From a virus (taxonomy: Duplodnaviria > Caudoviricetes): 41,781 nt of DNA. Position 1 is the stretch's first letter. The number at the start of each line of letters is the position of its first letter. The stretch is from positions 1-41,781 of the IMG/VR virus record IMGVR_UViG_3300044296_000112. One strand, given 5' to 3'. The translations under genes were made by a program, and so were the position numbers. The notes below the pieces were generated by a model. That model saw only the letters and a list, made by a program, of their open reading frames with translations, ran no database searches and had not been told where the DNA came from. Shown here piece by piece: positions 8,422 to 16,268 of the stretch.

Positions 8422-9257
8422 GAACACTCATCCTCTTCCTATCCGCTGTCGGTCTTGCCTACGGGCAGGCGCAGCCGGTCAATCGCACCAAGACCTACGC
8501 CGGTACGCCCACGGCTGGGGACTGCACCAGCGCCACCGTCGGCGTCCTGACGGGCATCAACACCACGCCGGACCCGGACACCATCTACGACTGCATTACT
8601 GTCGGAGTCACTCCTACGTGGGTCGTGCGCTCGACGGCTACCGGCACTGTTACCAGCGTGGATATGAGCGTGCCGTCCACGCTGCTGGCTGTTTCCGGTA
8701 ACCCCATTACCACCAGCGGGACGCTGGCTCTCACGCTCCCGACGCGAGCCCAGAACCTCATCTTCGCCGGTCCGGCCTCTGGCTCTGCCGCCGCTCCTAC
8801 TTTCCGCTCGCTTGTGGCGCTCGATATTCCCGACTTGTCGGCCACGTATCAGCCGCTCAACGCCAATTTAACGACCATCGGCGGCCTTTCTCCGTCGCGC
8901 GGCGGCCTGATTCGTCGCGGCGCTTCGGCTTGGGAAGCGGTGGCGCTCGGGGCGTCCGGTGCGATCCTGCAATCGGACGGTACGGACGCGGTTTGGACGG
9001 CTCGAATCTCGGCATCCTCGGCCATCGACTTCGCGTCGATAAACGACGGCGCGTGCCTGGAAAACACTCTCACCCTGACCGGCGCCGCACTCGGTGATCC
9101 TGTGGCGCTTGGTGTGTCTGGTACGGCGTTGCCGGCGGGCATGATGGCCACGGTCCGCGTAAGCGCCGCCGACACAGCGCAGGTCCAAATCTGCAACCTT
9201 TCCGGTGCGGCTGTCGATCTCTCATCCCGTACGTTCGTGGCGCGGGTGGTGCGCTAA
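8418..9257 (+). CDS. Signal-peptide-bearing fibre/appendage protein
   Basis: MRTLILFLSAVGLAYG|Q; fibre motifs GTVTSV, SGNPITTSGTLAL, AGPASGSAAAPTFRSLV; 4 Cys. Confidence 0.8.
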   Translation: MRTLILFLSAVGLAYGQAQPVNRTKTYAGTPTAGDCTSATVGVLTGINTTPDPDTIYDCITVGVTPTWVVRSTATGTVTSVDMSVPSTLLAVSGNPITTSGTLALTLPTRAQNLIFAGPASGSAAAPTFRSLVALDIPDLSATYQPLNANLTTIGGLSPSRGGLIRRGASAWEAVALGASGAILQSDGTDAVWTARISASSAIDFASINDGACLENTLTLTGAALGDPVALGVSGTALPAGMMATVRVSAADTAQVQICNLSGAAVDLSSRTFVARVVR

Positions 9258-11254
9258 TGCGGTACGCGCTACTCGTATTATCGGCGGCGTTGGCGTTGGC
9301 GCAAGCACAGCCAGTTGGGCGCGTGTGGACGTACTCCGGGACTCCGACCAGTACGGACTGCACGGCCTCTAATTACGGCCATGTGGCGCTCGACGTTAGC
9401 GGGACGACGGCGAACTTGTACGACTGCAAAAAGTCCAGCGGCTCGGCCGCGTGGGTGATGCGGACCTCTGGTAGTTCGCCATCGTTCGCGCTTGTTTCCG
9501 GTGGTACCACACTCGACATCAGCAATACCTATACGAGCGGTGGATATGTGGTGGAGCGGGTATCAAATAATGAGTCTGGCGTTCCCGACTTCTCCACTAC
9601 GCTTACCTTCTACGCCGGCTCAAATGGAGCGACGGTCCGAGATAACGTGTGGTCGAGCGGATACAATCGCGGGCCAAGCGGAAAGCAGGTGAGTGGAAAG
9701 CACGCTTGGTATTACAACGTAGAATCCGATTACAAGACGGCTGGCGGCGTCCGGCAGCTGGAAATGTATTTTGGATACGAATCACCCAGTGGGACCTATG
9801 CTGTGCGCCCGTTTTCCATTACTCCGCATATTGACCTCGATACCGTCGAAGTAGGAATCCGCGCGGAGTCTATCAAGGTTGGGTACGTTGATACTACTTT
9901 TGATTGGCTGCAGTTTGTGTCTAGTTCGTCCACTGGCCAGCTATCGCTAACAGGTAATAGTTCGATCACATACGATGCGTCCAACAGGTATTTCATTTCA
10001 TCCGGTGGCCAAGGTCTCCTTGGCTACCAAAGCAGCGTTGGGTATTTATTCAAAGGGCTTTCGTCAGCGACGTTTTTTGATCTATACGCCATCACGGACG
10101 CAGATTTGACGATCAACGTCGGCGGCAATTCAGTTGCTGGAACTCGCGGGCTGCGATGGAATTCGACGAGCAGCGCGTGGCAGTACCAATACAACACACA
10201 GGCTGGAGGAAACGCATGGCGTAACATGTACATCCCCGCCCCGCTGACGGTATCAACGCTAGACACCTGTAACAGCAATACCAAGGGAGCCAGAGACACG
10301 GTCACCGACGCTAATTCCCCCACCCTCGGAGCTACCGTGTCCGGCAGCGGCTCGACCATCGCCCAGGTATGGTGCGATGGAAGCAATTGGAAAGTGAATG
10401 CGCTGGCGAGCACGACGCCATACGGCACCGTAACCAGCGTCGGCTGGACGGGCGGCATTGTATCTGTCGCCACGGGCACCACGACGCCCGCATTCACAAT
10501 CGCTGGTACGAGCGGCGGTATCCCGTATTTCTCCAGCGCGTCGACGTGGGCCTCATCCGGCGCCCTCGCAGCAAACACGTTCGTCATGGGCGGCGGCGCC
10601 GGGGCAGCCCCGACGACCGGCGGCGGCTACGGCGTCACTACGGCTGGGTCTAGCGGCGGCACGAACTACAACGAAGGCACCAGCACGAACCTCGCCCGTG
10701 CCGATCACCAGCACACACCGGCGGCGTTGACGAGCGTCACGCCGGTCACCGTCAACGCGAACAGCACCTCCGCCCAAAACCTAATCGTTTCTACCATTCC
10801 GGCCGGTGCGCTCAACAGTGTCAACCGGCACGTCAGAATCCGCGCGGCGGGCGTCTATACCACGCAGAGCGCGCAGACGCCAACCGTGACGATTGCCGCC
10901 AAACTTTGCACGGTGAGCGGCTGTGGGTCTGGAACGGTGATCACGCTGGCTACCTGGACCAGCGCGGCGACCACGGCGGCGGCGACCAACATGCCGTGGA
11001 ATTACGATATTAATCTAGCCACCATTTCCACCGGCGCGACAGGGACCGTCGAGGCGCACGGGTCCAGCAATATCACGCTGACCACGACCGCCAGCGGCAC
11101 AACCACGACGCGCAACGACACTAACACGGGCGCGTCGTCGGCTATTGACCTAACGGCGCAGTTGTTTTTGCAGACGACAATCACATTTTCCACTAACGCC
11201 GCGACGGCCAACACATGCACGCAACGCATGGTTGCGGCGAATTTCATGAACTGA
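9257..11254 (+). CDS. Signal-peptide-bearing tail-fibre-like protein
   Basis: MRYALLVLSAALALA|Q; N-domain shared with 8418 (QAQPV.R..TY.GTPT..DC); fibre motifs TVSTLDTC...VTDA...WCDGSNW, GTVTSV, ARADHQH. Confidence 0.8.
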   Translation: MRYALLVLSAALALAQAQPVGRVWTYSGTPTSTDCTASNYGHVALDVSGTTANLYDCKKSSGSAAWVMRTSGSSPSFALVSGGTTLDISNTYTSGGYVVERVSNNESGVPDFSTTLTFYAGSNGATVRDNVWSSGYNRGPSGKQVSGKHAWYYNVESDYKTAGGVRQLEMYFGYESPSGTYAVRPFSITPHIDLDTVEVGIRAESIKVGYVDTTFDWLQFVSSSSTGQLSLTGNSSITYDASNRYFISSGGQGLLGYQSSVGYLFKGLSSATFFDLYAITDADLTINVGGNSVAGTRGLRWNSTSSAWQYQYNTQAGGNAWRNMYIPAPLTVSTLDTCNSNTKGARDTVTDANSPTLGATVSGSGSTIAQVWCDGSNWKVNALASTTPYGTVTSVGWTGGIVSVATGTTTPAFTIAGTSGGIPYFSSASTWASSGALAANTFVMGGGAGAAPTTGGGYGVTTAGSSGGTNYNEGTSTNLARADHQHTPAALTSVTPVTVNANSTSAQNLIVSTIPAGALNSVNRHVRIRAAGVYTTQSAQTPTVTIAAKLCTVSGCGSGTVITLATWTSAATTAAATNMPWNYDINLATISTGATGTVEAHGSSNITLTTTASGTTTTRNDTNTGASSAIDLTAQLFLQTTITFSTNAATANTCTQRMVAANFMN

Positions 11255-11256
11255 CC

Positions 11257-11721
11257 ATGACAACAATTACCGACACCCTCTACGCCCCCAACGGCAGCGT
11301 CTTTCGCGGAACGCTGCTGATCACCATGGCGATGTCCCAGCCGCTCTATACCAGCGGCGGTCGCACGCTGACACAGCTCAACAAGCCCATCACCATCAGC
11401 GACGGCACGCTATCGGTGGACCTCGAGCCAAACGCGCAGATCACTCCCGCCGGGACCTCCTACACCGTGCGCTACTCGCCCGCGCAGGGGGCTCCGTATA
11501 CCGAGTATTGGGTGGTGCCGGTCAGCGGATCACCGGTGACGGTCAGCGATTGCCGCGTGGCGCAGCAGCCGGCGGTATCGGTGCTGCTGCGTGCGGTGTC
11601 GTCTCCTCCCGCGTCGGCGTCAGCGGCGGGGACGGCCGGGACGATTACCTACGACGGGAATTATGTGTATGTGTGCGTGGCCGCGAATACGTGGAAGCGG
11701 GCCGCGCTGAGTAGCTGGTAA
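11257..11721 (+). CDS. Short fibre/adaptor protein without signal peptide
   Basis: MTTITDTLY... aligns with mature 7678 protein; C-terminal PASASAAGTAGTITYDGNYVYVCVAANTWKR motif typical of phage fibres. Confidence 0.75.
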   Translation: MTTITDTLYAPNGSVFRGTLLITMAMSQPLYTSGGRTLTQLNKPITISDGTLSVDLEPNAQITPAGTSYTVRYSPAQGAPYTEYWVVPVSGSPVTVSDCRVAQQPAVSVLLRAVSSPPASASAAGTAGTITYDGNYVYVCVAANTWKRAALSSW

Positions 11722-11734
11722 CGAAAGGAAAACT

Positions 11735-12013
11735 ATGAACCCAACGCAATTTGCAACCGAAAAACAGGCCAACGACCTAAAGGCCACATTAGGAACCATG
11801 GGAGGTGGAGTCACGGCGATTTACGTTCCCGAATACTCCATTTTCCCCACGCCGGAGGCCGGGGACAAGAAGTTCTATCACATTGACTTCGCCAACGGCG
11901 TGAAGGGCCTGAATGTCGGCTTGGTTCTCGACACGATCAAGCGCAACCCGTTTACCTGGACCGGCATGATCGCCGCCACGCTTGCCGAGAAGCCGCGCAA
12001 GGAGGAGGAATAG
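11735..12013 (+). CDS. Hypothetical protein
   Basis: AAGGA RBS; occupies the same position as 4665..4916 in block A. Confidence 0.7.
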   Translation: MNPTQFATEKQANDLKATLGTMGGGVTAIYVPEYSIFPTPEAGDKKFYHIDFANGVKGLNVGLVLDTIKRNPFTWTGMIAATLAEKPRKEEE

Positions 12014-12015
12014 CC

Positions 12016-12357
12016 ATGAGCATCAAAGGATTCTTCGGGCGGCTTCTAGGTGTTGCGCAGACCGTTGCGCCACTGGCCGGGCTATTTCTTCCGGCATTCG
12101 CGCCGTTGATCAACGTGAGCCTGCGCGCCATCGTCGCGGCCGAGGGGAAGTTTCCCGCGCAGAAATCTGGTGCCGATAAGGCCGCATGGGCCGCCGATGT
12201 GGTCGCCGTATCCGCGCCGGAACTGATTGCGGCTATCGAAACAGCCACACGCAAGGAGCTCGCCGATGAGGCGCTGCTGCATGATGCTCTGGCCGATATC
12301 AACAACGGACTCGTAAAGGCGATGAACGCCTTCCGGGTACTCCCCAAGGGCGCGTGA
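12016..12357 (+). CDS. LL-H-type holin-like protein (copy B)
   Basis: Close paralog of 4917..5264 with long identical stretches (SGADKAAWAADVVAVSAP, ELADEALLHDAL, DINNGLVKAMNAFRVLPK). Confidence 0.65.
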   Translation: MSIKGFFGRLLGVAQTVAPLAGLFLPAFAPLINVSLRAIVAAEGKFPAQKSGADKAAWAADVVAVSAPELIAAIETATRKELADEALLHDALADINNGLVKAMNAFRVLPKGA

Positions 12358-12596
12358 TGCGAGACCGCATCTGTGAGTGGATGGCGCGGCACGGCATGGC
12401 AAGTTGTGCGGAGTTTCTCGAATCTGGCGAAGTCCGCAAGACGGAAAACTTTCAACGAAACCTCCGCACAATGTGCCGTGAAGGACTGCTGGTAGAAACC
12501 GAACCCGGCGTGTATCGAGAAACGGCGTCGTCTTCGCTGGATCGGATCGTGCTTTATTCAGATCGCGCCGTGTTCGATTTCCTGGAGGCTGTTTGA
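12354..12596 (+). CDS. Winged-helix-like hypothetical protein
   Basis: Coupled start/stop; FQRNLRTMCREGLLVETEPGVYR wing-like motif. Confidence 0.55.
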   Translation: MMRDRICEWMARHGMASCAEFLESGEVRKTENFQRNLRTMCREGLLVETEPGVYRETASSSLDRIVLYSDRAVFDFLEAV

Positions 12597-12796
12597 TGAT
12601 CTACCCGCCCGTGTCCGTAGAAAAAACTAAAATCGCGTGGATAGTGGGCGTCGCCACCGGTTTCTGGGGAGGATTCCACCCGTTGATTCAGACCTTAGTG
12701 GTACTGATCCTGCTCGATTTCGCCAGCGGCCTGACCGACGCCGTGCACGAAGACTGGATCTGCGATGTGGCGCGCGCGATTACGAGGCCACGGTGA
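12593..12796 (+). pseudogene. In-frame chimera: holin N-terminus fused to C-terminus of the HExxH protein
   Basis: WGGFHPLIQTLVVLILLDFASGL matches the 5264 holin; GLTDAVHEDWICDVARAITR matches GLTDAAHEAWICDVSQAITR of 6622..6966. Confidence 0.8.
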
Positions 12797-12972
12797 GGCG
12801 CCGGGAGTTACTGGCGCTGTCGATCTGCGACCCGCCGCACGCGCCGGTGGATATGGAGCGGTTGAACAAGTTAGCGGCGGCGTATAACCAGTACGTCGAT
12901 CGGCTGAAGGACGGTATCCTGGACTTGCGGCAGTGGTCGGATGTCGTGCGGTCCTGGGAAAAACTGAAATAG
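12793..12972 (+). CDS. Hypothetical protein (59 aa)
   Basis: GTGA overlap; ends just before the terminator. Confidence 0.55.
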   Translation: MRRRELLALSICDPPHAPVDMERLNKLAAAYNQYVDRLKDGILDLRQWSDVVRSWEKLK

Positions 12973-12974
12973 AG

Positions 12975-12998
12975 AGCCCCGCTTTCGCGGGGCTTTTT
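12975..12998 (+). terminator. Rho-independent terminator ending the late/fibre-lysis transcript (possibly bidirectional)
   Basis: AGCCCCGC-TTTC-GCGGGGCT followed by a T run, between convergent ORFs. Confidence 0.85.
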
Positions 12999-13157
12999 CT
13001 ATTGGCCCACGCGCCACCGCACGATCGACATGGCCGCCGGCCAGAGCAGCCACAGCCAGAAGACGCCAAGCGCTAACGCTACCCACGCGCCTGCGATCTG
13101 CGCTTTGCTGACCGCCTGCAACTCGCCTCTGTTTTCATATAAATCACTTTGTTTCAT
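12999..13157 (-). CDS. Small single-pass membrane protein (52 aa), missed by the ORF track
   Basis: MKQSDLYENRGELQAVSKAQIAGAWVALALGVFWLWLLWPAAMSIVRWRVGQ; the stop abuts the terminator. Confidence 0.5.
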   Translation of the reverse strand: MKQSDLYENRGELQAVSKAQIAGAWVALALGVFWLWLLWPAAMSIVRWRVGQ

Positions 13158-13203
13158 AAAGTCTGACTTTCCGATTGCATTTTCAGACTTTCAGACTTAC
13201 CAT
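13158..13203 (+). promoter_or_regulatory. Early/middle sigma70 promoter with operator repeats
   Basis: TTGCAT(13175)-17 bp-TACCAT(13198); TCAGACTT tandem x2 in the spacer plus inverted copy AAAGTCTGA at 13158. Confidence 0.75.
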
Positions 13204-13209
13204 CGGTTT

Positions 13210-13425
13210 GTGAGCAGCCAAACCGGACAAATCACACAAATCATACCACCCACAGACGGGGACGAATTTGTGAAGCGAAGCATACCGATCACCGATCAAG
13301 ACTTCCGCCTTCTGCACATCATGCGTGCTTTTCGCGGAGAGACTGTCGGCCAGTGCGTGCAGCGCATCCTGCGTGAGGCGTATCAGCGCTCACAGACCGA
13401 TTTTCACTCAGGAGCACAGCAATGA
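13210..13425 (+). CDS. Ribbon-helix-helix-like regulator, probably leaderless
   Basis: GTG 6 nt after the -10; KRSIPITDQDFRLLHIMRAFRGETVGQCVQRILREA strand-helix-helix pattern. Confidence 0.65.
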   Translation: MSSQTGQITQIIPPTDGDEFVKRSIPITDQDFRLLHIMRAFRGETVGQCVQRILREAYQRSQTDFHSGAQQ

Positions 13426-13694
13426 CTCGCACCTCGCTGCAACTCATTGACGGTGGAAGACTTTCCGCCGAACCTTCGCCCGCTGTTCGTCTTGAAGCCT
13501 ACAACCTTTACCGTGCCGGTCGCGCGGTCGGCCAAGTGGCCCGGTTTATGGATTTGGACTACAACACGACGTCCGACGCGATTTTTGAGCACCAGAATTG
13601 GCGCGAGGCGCAAGCCGAAATGCGCGGGTTCCGTGCCGGTAGGCGGTCCCTGCTGAACGCTCCGCCTTCGGTGCAGCAGAGGAGGGCAGCGTGA
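13422..13694 (+). CDS. HTH-containing protein
   Basis: AGGAG RBS; AYNLYRAGRAVGQVARFMDLDYNTT. Confidence 0.65.
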   Translation: MTRTSLQLIDGGRLSAEPSPAVRLEAYNLYRAGRAVGQVARFMDLDYNTTSDAIFEHQNWREAQAEMRGFRAGRRSLLNAPPSVQQRRAA

Positions 13695-13870
13695 TCACCG
13701 ACGAACAGTACATGCAACGGCGCATGGATCTGATGGAGCAGATGCGTTCCGACGAGCGGTATAAGCAGCCGAAGAAAGGCGAGGGGTGGTGGATGTTCTG
13801 GGCCGGGCTGCTGTGTGTGGTGGCCGGCACGGTGGTTGGGTATCTCTGCGGGGCGGGGGTGTGCGCGTGA
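13691..13870 (+). CDS. Small membrane protein (59 aa)
   Basis: GGAGG RBS, GTGA overlaps at both ends; C-terminal TM WWMFWAGLLCVVAGTVVGYLC. Confidence 0.55.
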   Translation: MITDEQYMQRRMDLMEQMRSDERYKQPKKGEGWWMFWAGLLCVVAGTVVGYLCGAGVCA

Positions 13871-14049
13871 CGGCATTTACCGCAGTAATCTGCATGTTAT
13901 CGAACATACTGGCGGCATGTTCGATGATCGACGTCATCAAGGGGAACCACGGACCTTGGGTGTGTTTTCTCGCCCAAGTTCTGCTCTCTTTGAGTGTCTG
14001 CCTTTTCTTTGTGAACGCGGCAATTCTCTATGACGAGGTGGCGAAATGA
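13867..14049 (+). CDS. Small 2-TM membrane protein
   Basis: Coupled GTG start; two hydrophobic segments. Confidence 0.5.
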   Translation: MTAFTAVICMLSNILAACSMIDVIKGNHGPWVCFLAQVLLSLSVCLFFVNAAILYDEVAK

Positions 14050-14624
14050 GCAAAGACCAAATCACAGTGACCGTCGCCGACATCTACGGCTCTGCATGGT
14101 GGGAGCGGAACAAAGCGGAGCTGGAGCGGGAGTGGGAGTGGAGCTTTGTGCTCGCAGAAAATGGAATGCGGGTGGTGATAGTCAATTCCGCCAACATAAA
14201 GGGGACACCCTATGTCTCTAGCCACAAATTCCCCCGCATCATCCTGCACGGTCGTAAGGCTCGCCTGGGCCTGAAAGAGGTGTACGGCATTGATCGGATC
14301 ACTCTGCCAGAGGGTGAGCATTTCATCACATGGAGGCAGCCGGAATATGGAGATCGATGGATCTGCGCTGCTAGTCACGGTGTGCAAACTATTATTCCGG
14401 ATGGCCCCCGCCTGATCGTCCGCCGCGTCGAGCCGAAGGTGTGGTTCAAGGCTGAGGCGAAGGATCGGCAGGTCAAAATAGGTGACTGGTACTGGTTCGA
14501 TGGATCGTGGATAGAAGCCACGATTGTACACAAGGACATGATTCGCCTCTGCGCCACGCGCCATGAGGAGTACCCGCCGGCGCAGGTCATAACGGCGGCG
14601 ATGGTGGAAGAGGTTGCGAAATGA
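14046..14624 (+). CDS. Hypothetical protein
   Basis: GAGGTG RBS, ATGA overlaps; flanked by near-identical 18-nt boundary repeats. Confidence 0.7.
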   Translation: MSKDQITVTVADIYGSAWWERNKAELEREWEWSFVLAENGMRVVIVNSANIKGTPYVSSHKFPRIILHGRKARLGLKEVYGIDRITLPEGEHFITWRQPEYGDRWICAASHGVQTIIPDGPRLIVRRVEPKVWFKAEAKDRQVKIGDWYWFDGSWIEATIVHKDMIRLCATRHEEYPPAQVITAAMVEEVAK

Positions 14625-15601
14625 GCACCTTCCAGCACGCCGAGCGGTTCGAGCAGCTCGACCGCATGTCCCAAGACCCCGCCAACCGCCAAGGGTTTAT
14701 CGGCGGGACCGACATCCAACATGTTCTCGAACTGGAGCCCTACGGCTGCGCCCGCAAGCTCTGGTATCAGAAGACCGGAGCCTCGCCAGACCGCGAGTTC
14801 CGGATGACCGGCCCGATTGTCGCCGGCAAGCTAATGGAAGATGGCGTTGCCGAAATGGTCAAGGAGCGCACCGACTGGAACATCCGGCGGCGCAAGGCGT
14901 CCGTGGACGGATGGGAGGGCCAGCGTGTTGACCGTGTGATTGTCGGCCACCCGAAGGGGCCGGGCGTGCTGGAGATCAAGACTGTAGCCGACCGCGCGTA
15001 TTGGAATTGGAAGCGCGAAGGCGTGCCTGGGGCATACCTCTTGCAGGTCCAGTGGTACATGCGCGTGCTCGGGTGGTCGTGGGCGTGCTTGGCTGCACTG
15101 AACCGCGACACCGGCCAACTCGACCTGTACGAATTCGACGCTCGTCCTGAATTGATGGAGGCCGTAGCCGAAAAGGTCGACTGGTTCATGAACCATCACG
15201 TCGAGCAGCGCGTGCCACCGCCGTGGCTGGCCGAGCGAGATCACCGGTGCGAGTCGTGCCAGTGGGAAACCACGTGTCAAGGCGACGAGTGGGCGAACGT
15301 CGCCGATAACGGGCTGGTGCAGATCGACGGTCTGTCAGGCCTGATGGCCGAGTATCAGCGGGCAAAGACGCTGGAGAAGAAAGCCGTCGAGGTACAGCAG
15401 GAGTTGCGCCCGCAGATCGAAGCGCTGTTGGGCGACAACGAGCAGGCGCGCGTGAGCGCCGATGAACGGGTTTTGTTCCGGGTGGTGGAAACGAATCGGA
15501 TTGATACCGAGGAGTTCAAGACGAAGTACCCGGAAGTTTATGCAGACGTTTTGCGGGTGTCGAAGTCCCGGCCCCTGCGTGTTTTCAAAATTAAGAAATA
15601 G
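14621..15601 (+). CDS. YqaJ-like (lambda-exonuclease family) recombination nuclease
   Basis: RQGFIGGTD, G..ME, VD...GVLEIKT, YLLQVQWYM; C-terminal CxxC. Confidence 0.9.
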   Translation: MSTFQHAERFEQLDRMSQDPANRQGFIGGTDIQHVLELEPYGCARKLWYQKTGASPDREFRMTGPIVAGKLMEDGVAEMVKERTDWNIRRRKASVDGWEGQRVDRVIVGHPKGPGVLEIKTVADRAYWNWKREGVPGAYLLQVQWYMRVLGWSWACLAALNRDTGQLDLYEFDARPELMEAVAEKVDWFMNHHVEQRVPPPWLAERDHRCESCQWETTCQGDEWANVADNGLVQIDGLSGLMAEYQRAKTLEKKAVEVQQELRPQIEALLGDNEQARVSADERVLFRVVETNRIDTEEFKTKYPEVYADVLRVSKSRPLRVFKIKK

Positions 15602-15608
15602 GAGAGTT

Positions 15609-16268
15609 ATGGCCACCCAACAGATAACACCGGAAGCGGCACCGGTGATTCAGAGTAAATCCGTCCTCGACGACATCGTAGCGAACCAAGACGCCAGATC
15701 CCAGGCCGAGGCAGCGAAGGCCGACAAGCTGACGGCCGAGGTGTACGCGAACAACCCGAACGCCTACGCTATCGCCATGGGCCGCGACCTTGGGCTGAAC
15801 GCGGCGCTGTCGCTGCAGCTCATCCACATCATCGGCGGAAAGCCAGCGTTGTCGGCTGGTGCCCGCGCAACGTTTCTGTCGCAAGCCGGGTACTCCTGGC
15901 GCCCGGTGACGCACACGGAAAAGGAATGCACGCTGCGCTTCTACTATCGCGGCGAGGGCATGACTGACGTGAACGGAAAGCCGCTCGACGTGACGATCAC
16001 GATTGAGGACGCCGAAAAGGCGGGGTGGGTCCAGAACTCGCGGGGGAGCGGCAAGGTCGGCAACTACGACAAAGTGCCGAAGAACATGCTGTTCGCCCGG
16101 GTGATCTCGAACTTTCACCGGTGGTACGCCCCGCACGTTGTCGGAGCCCAGGTGTACGACGCTGGTGAAGTCACGCTGGATCGCGTCATCGAGGCCACTG
16201 AATCAGCGTCAGCCGCGAAGCTTGATCAGATCGAGGCCGCGCTGACCGGCAGCAAGGCGGTGGCGTGA
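15609..16268 (+). CDS. Probable ssDNA-annealing recombinase (RecT/Redbeta-like)
   Basis: Follows YqaJ; GRDLGL...LQLIHIIGGKP and EDAEKAG...NYDKVPKNMLFAR motifs. Confidence 0.75.
   Translation: MATQQITPEAAPVIQSKSVLDDIVANQDARSQAEAAKADKLTAEVYANNPNAYAIAMGRDLGLNAALSLQLIHIIGGKPALSAGARATFLSQAGYSWRPVTHTEKECTLRFYYRGEGMTDVNGKPLDVTITIEDAEKAGWVQNSRGSGKVGNYDKVPKNMLFARVISNFHRWYAPHVVGAQVYDAGEVTLDRVIEATESASAAKLDQIEAALTGSKAVA

Noticed and set aside
4917-12357. Diversity-generating retroelement (TR/VR pair) suggested by the duplicated sequence
   Set aside because: No reverse transcriptase; differences are mainly synonymous and not adenine-specific; both copies are intact ORFs
12793-12830. Twin-arginine (Tat) or lipoprotein signal MRRRELLALSIC
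   Set aside because: Hydrophobic region too short and lipobox poor; cannot be supported
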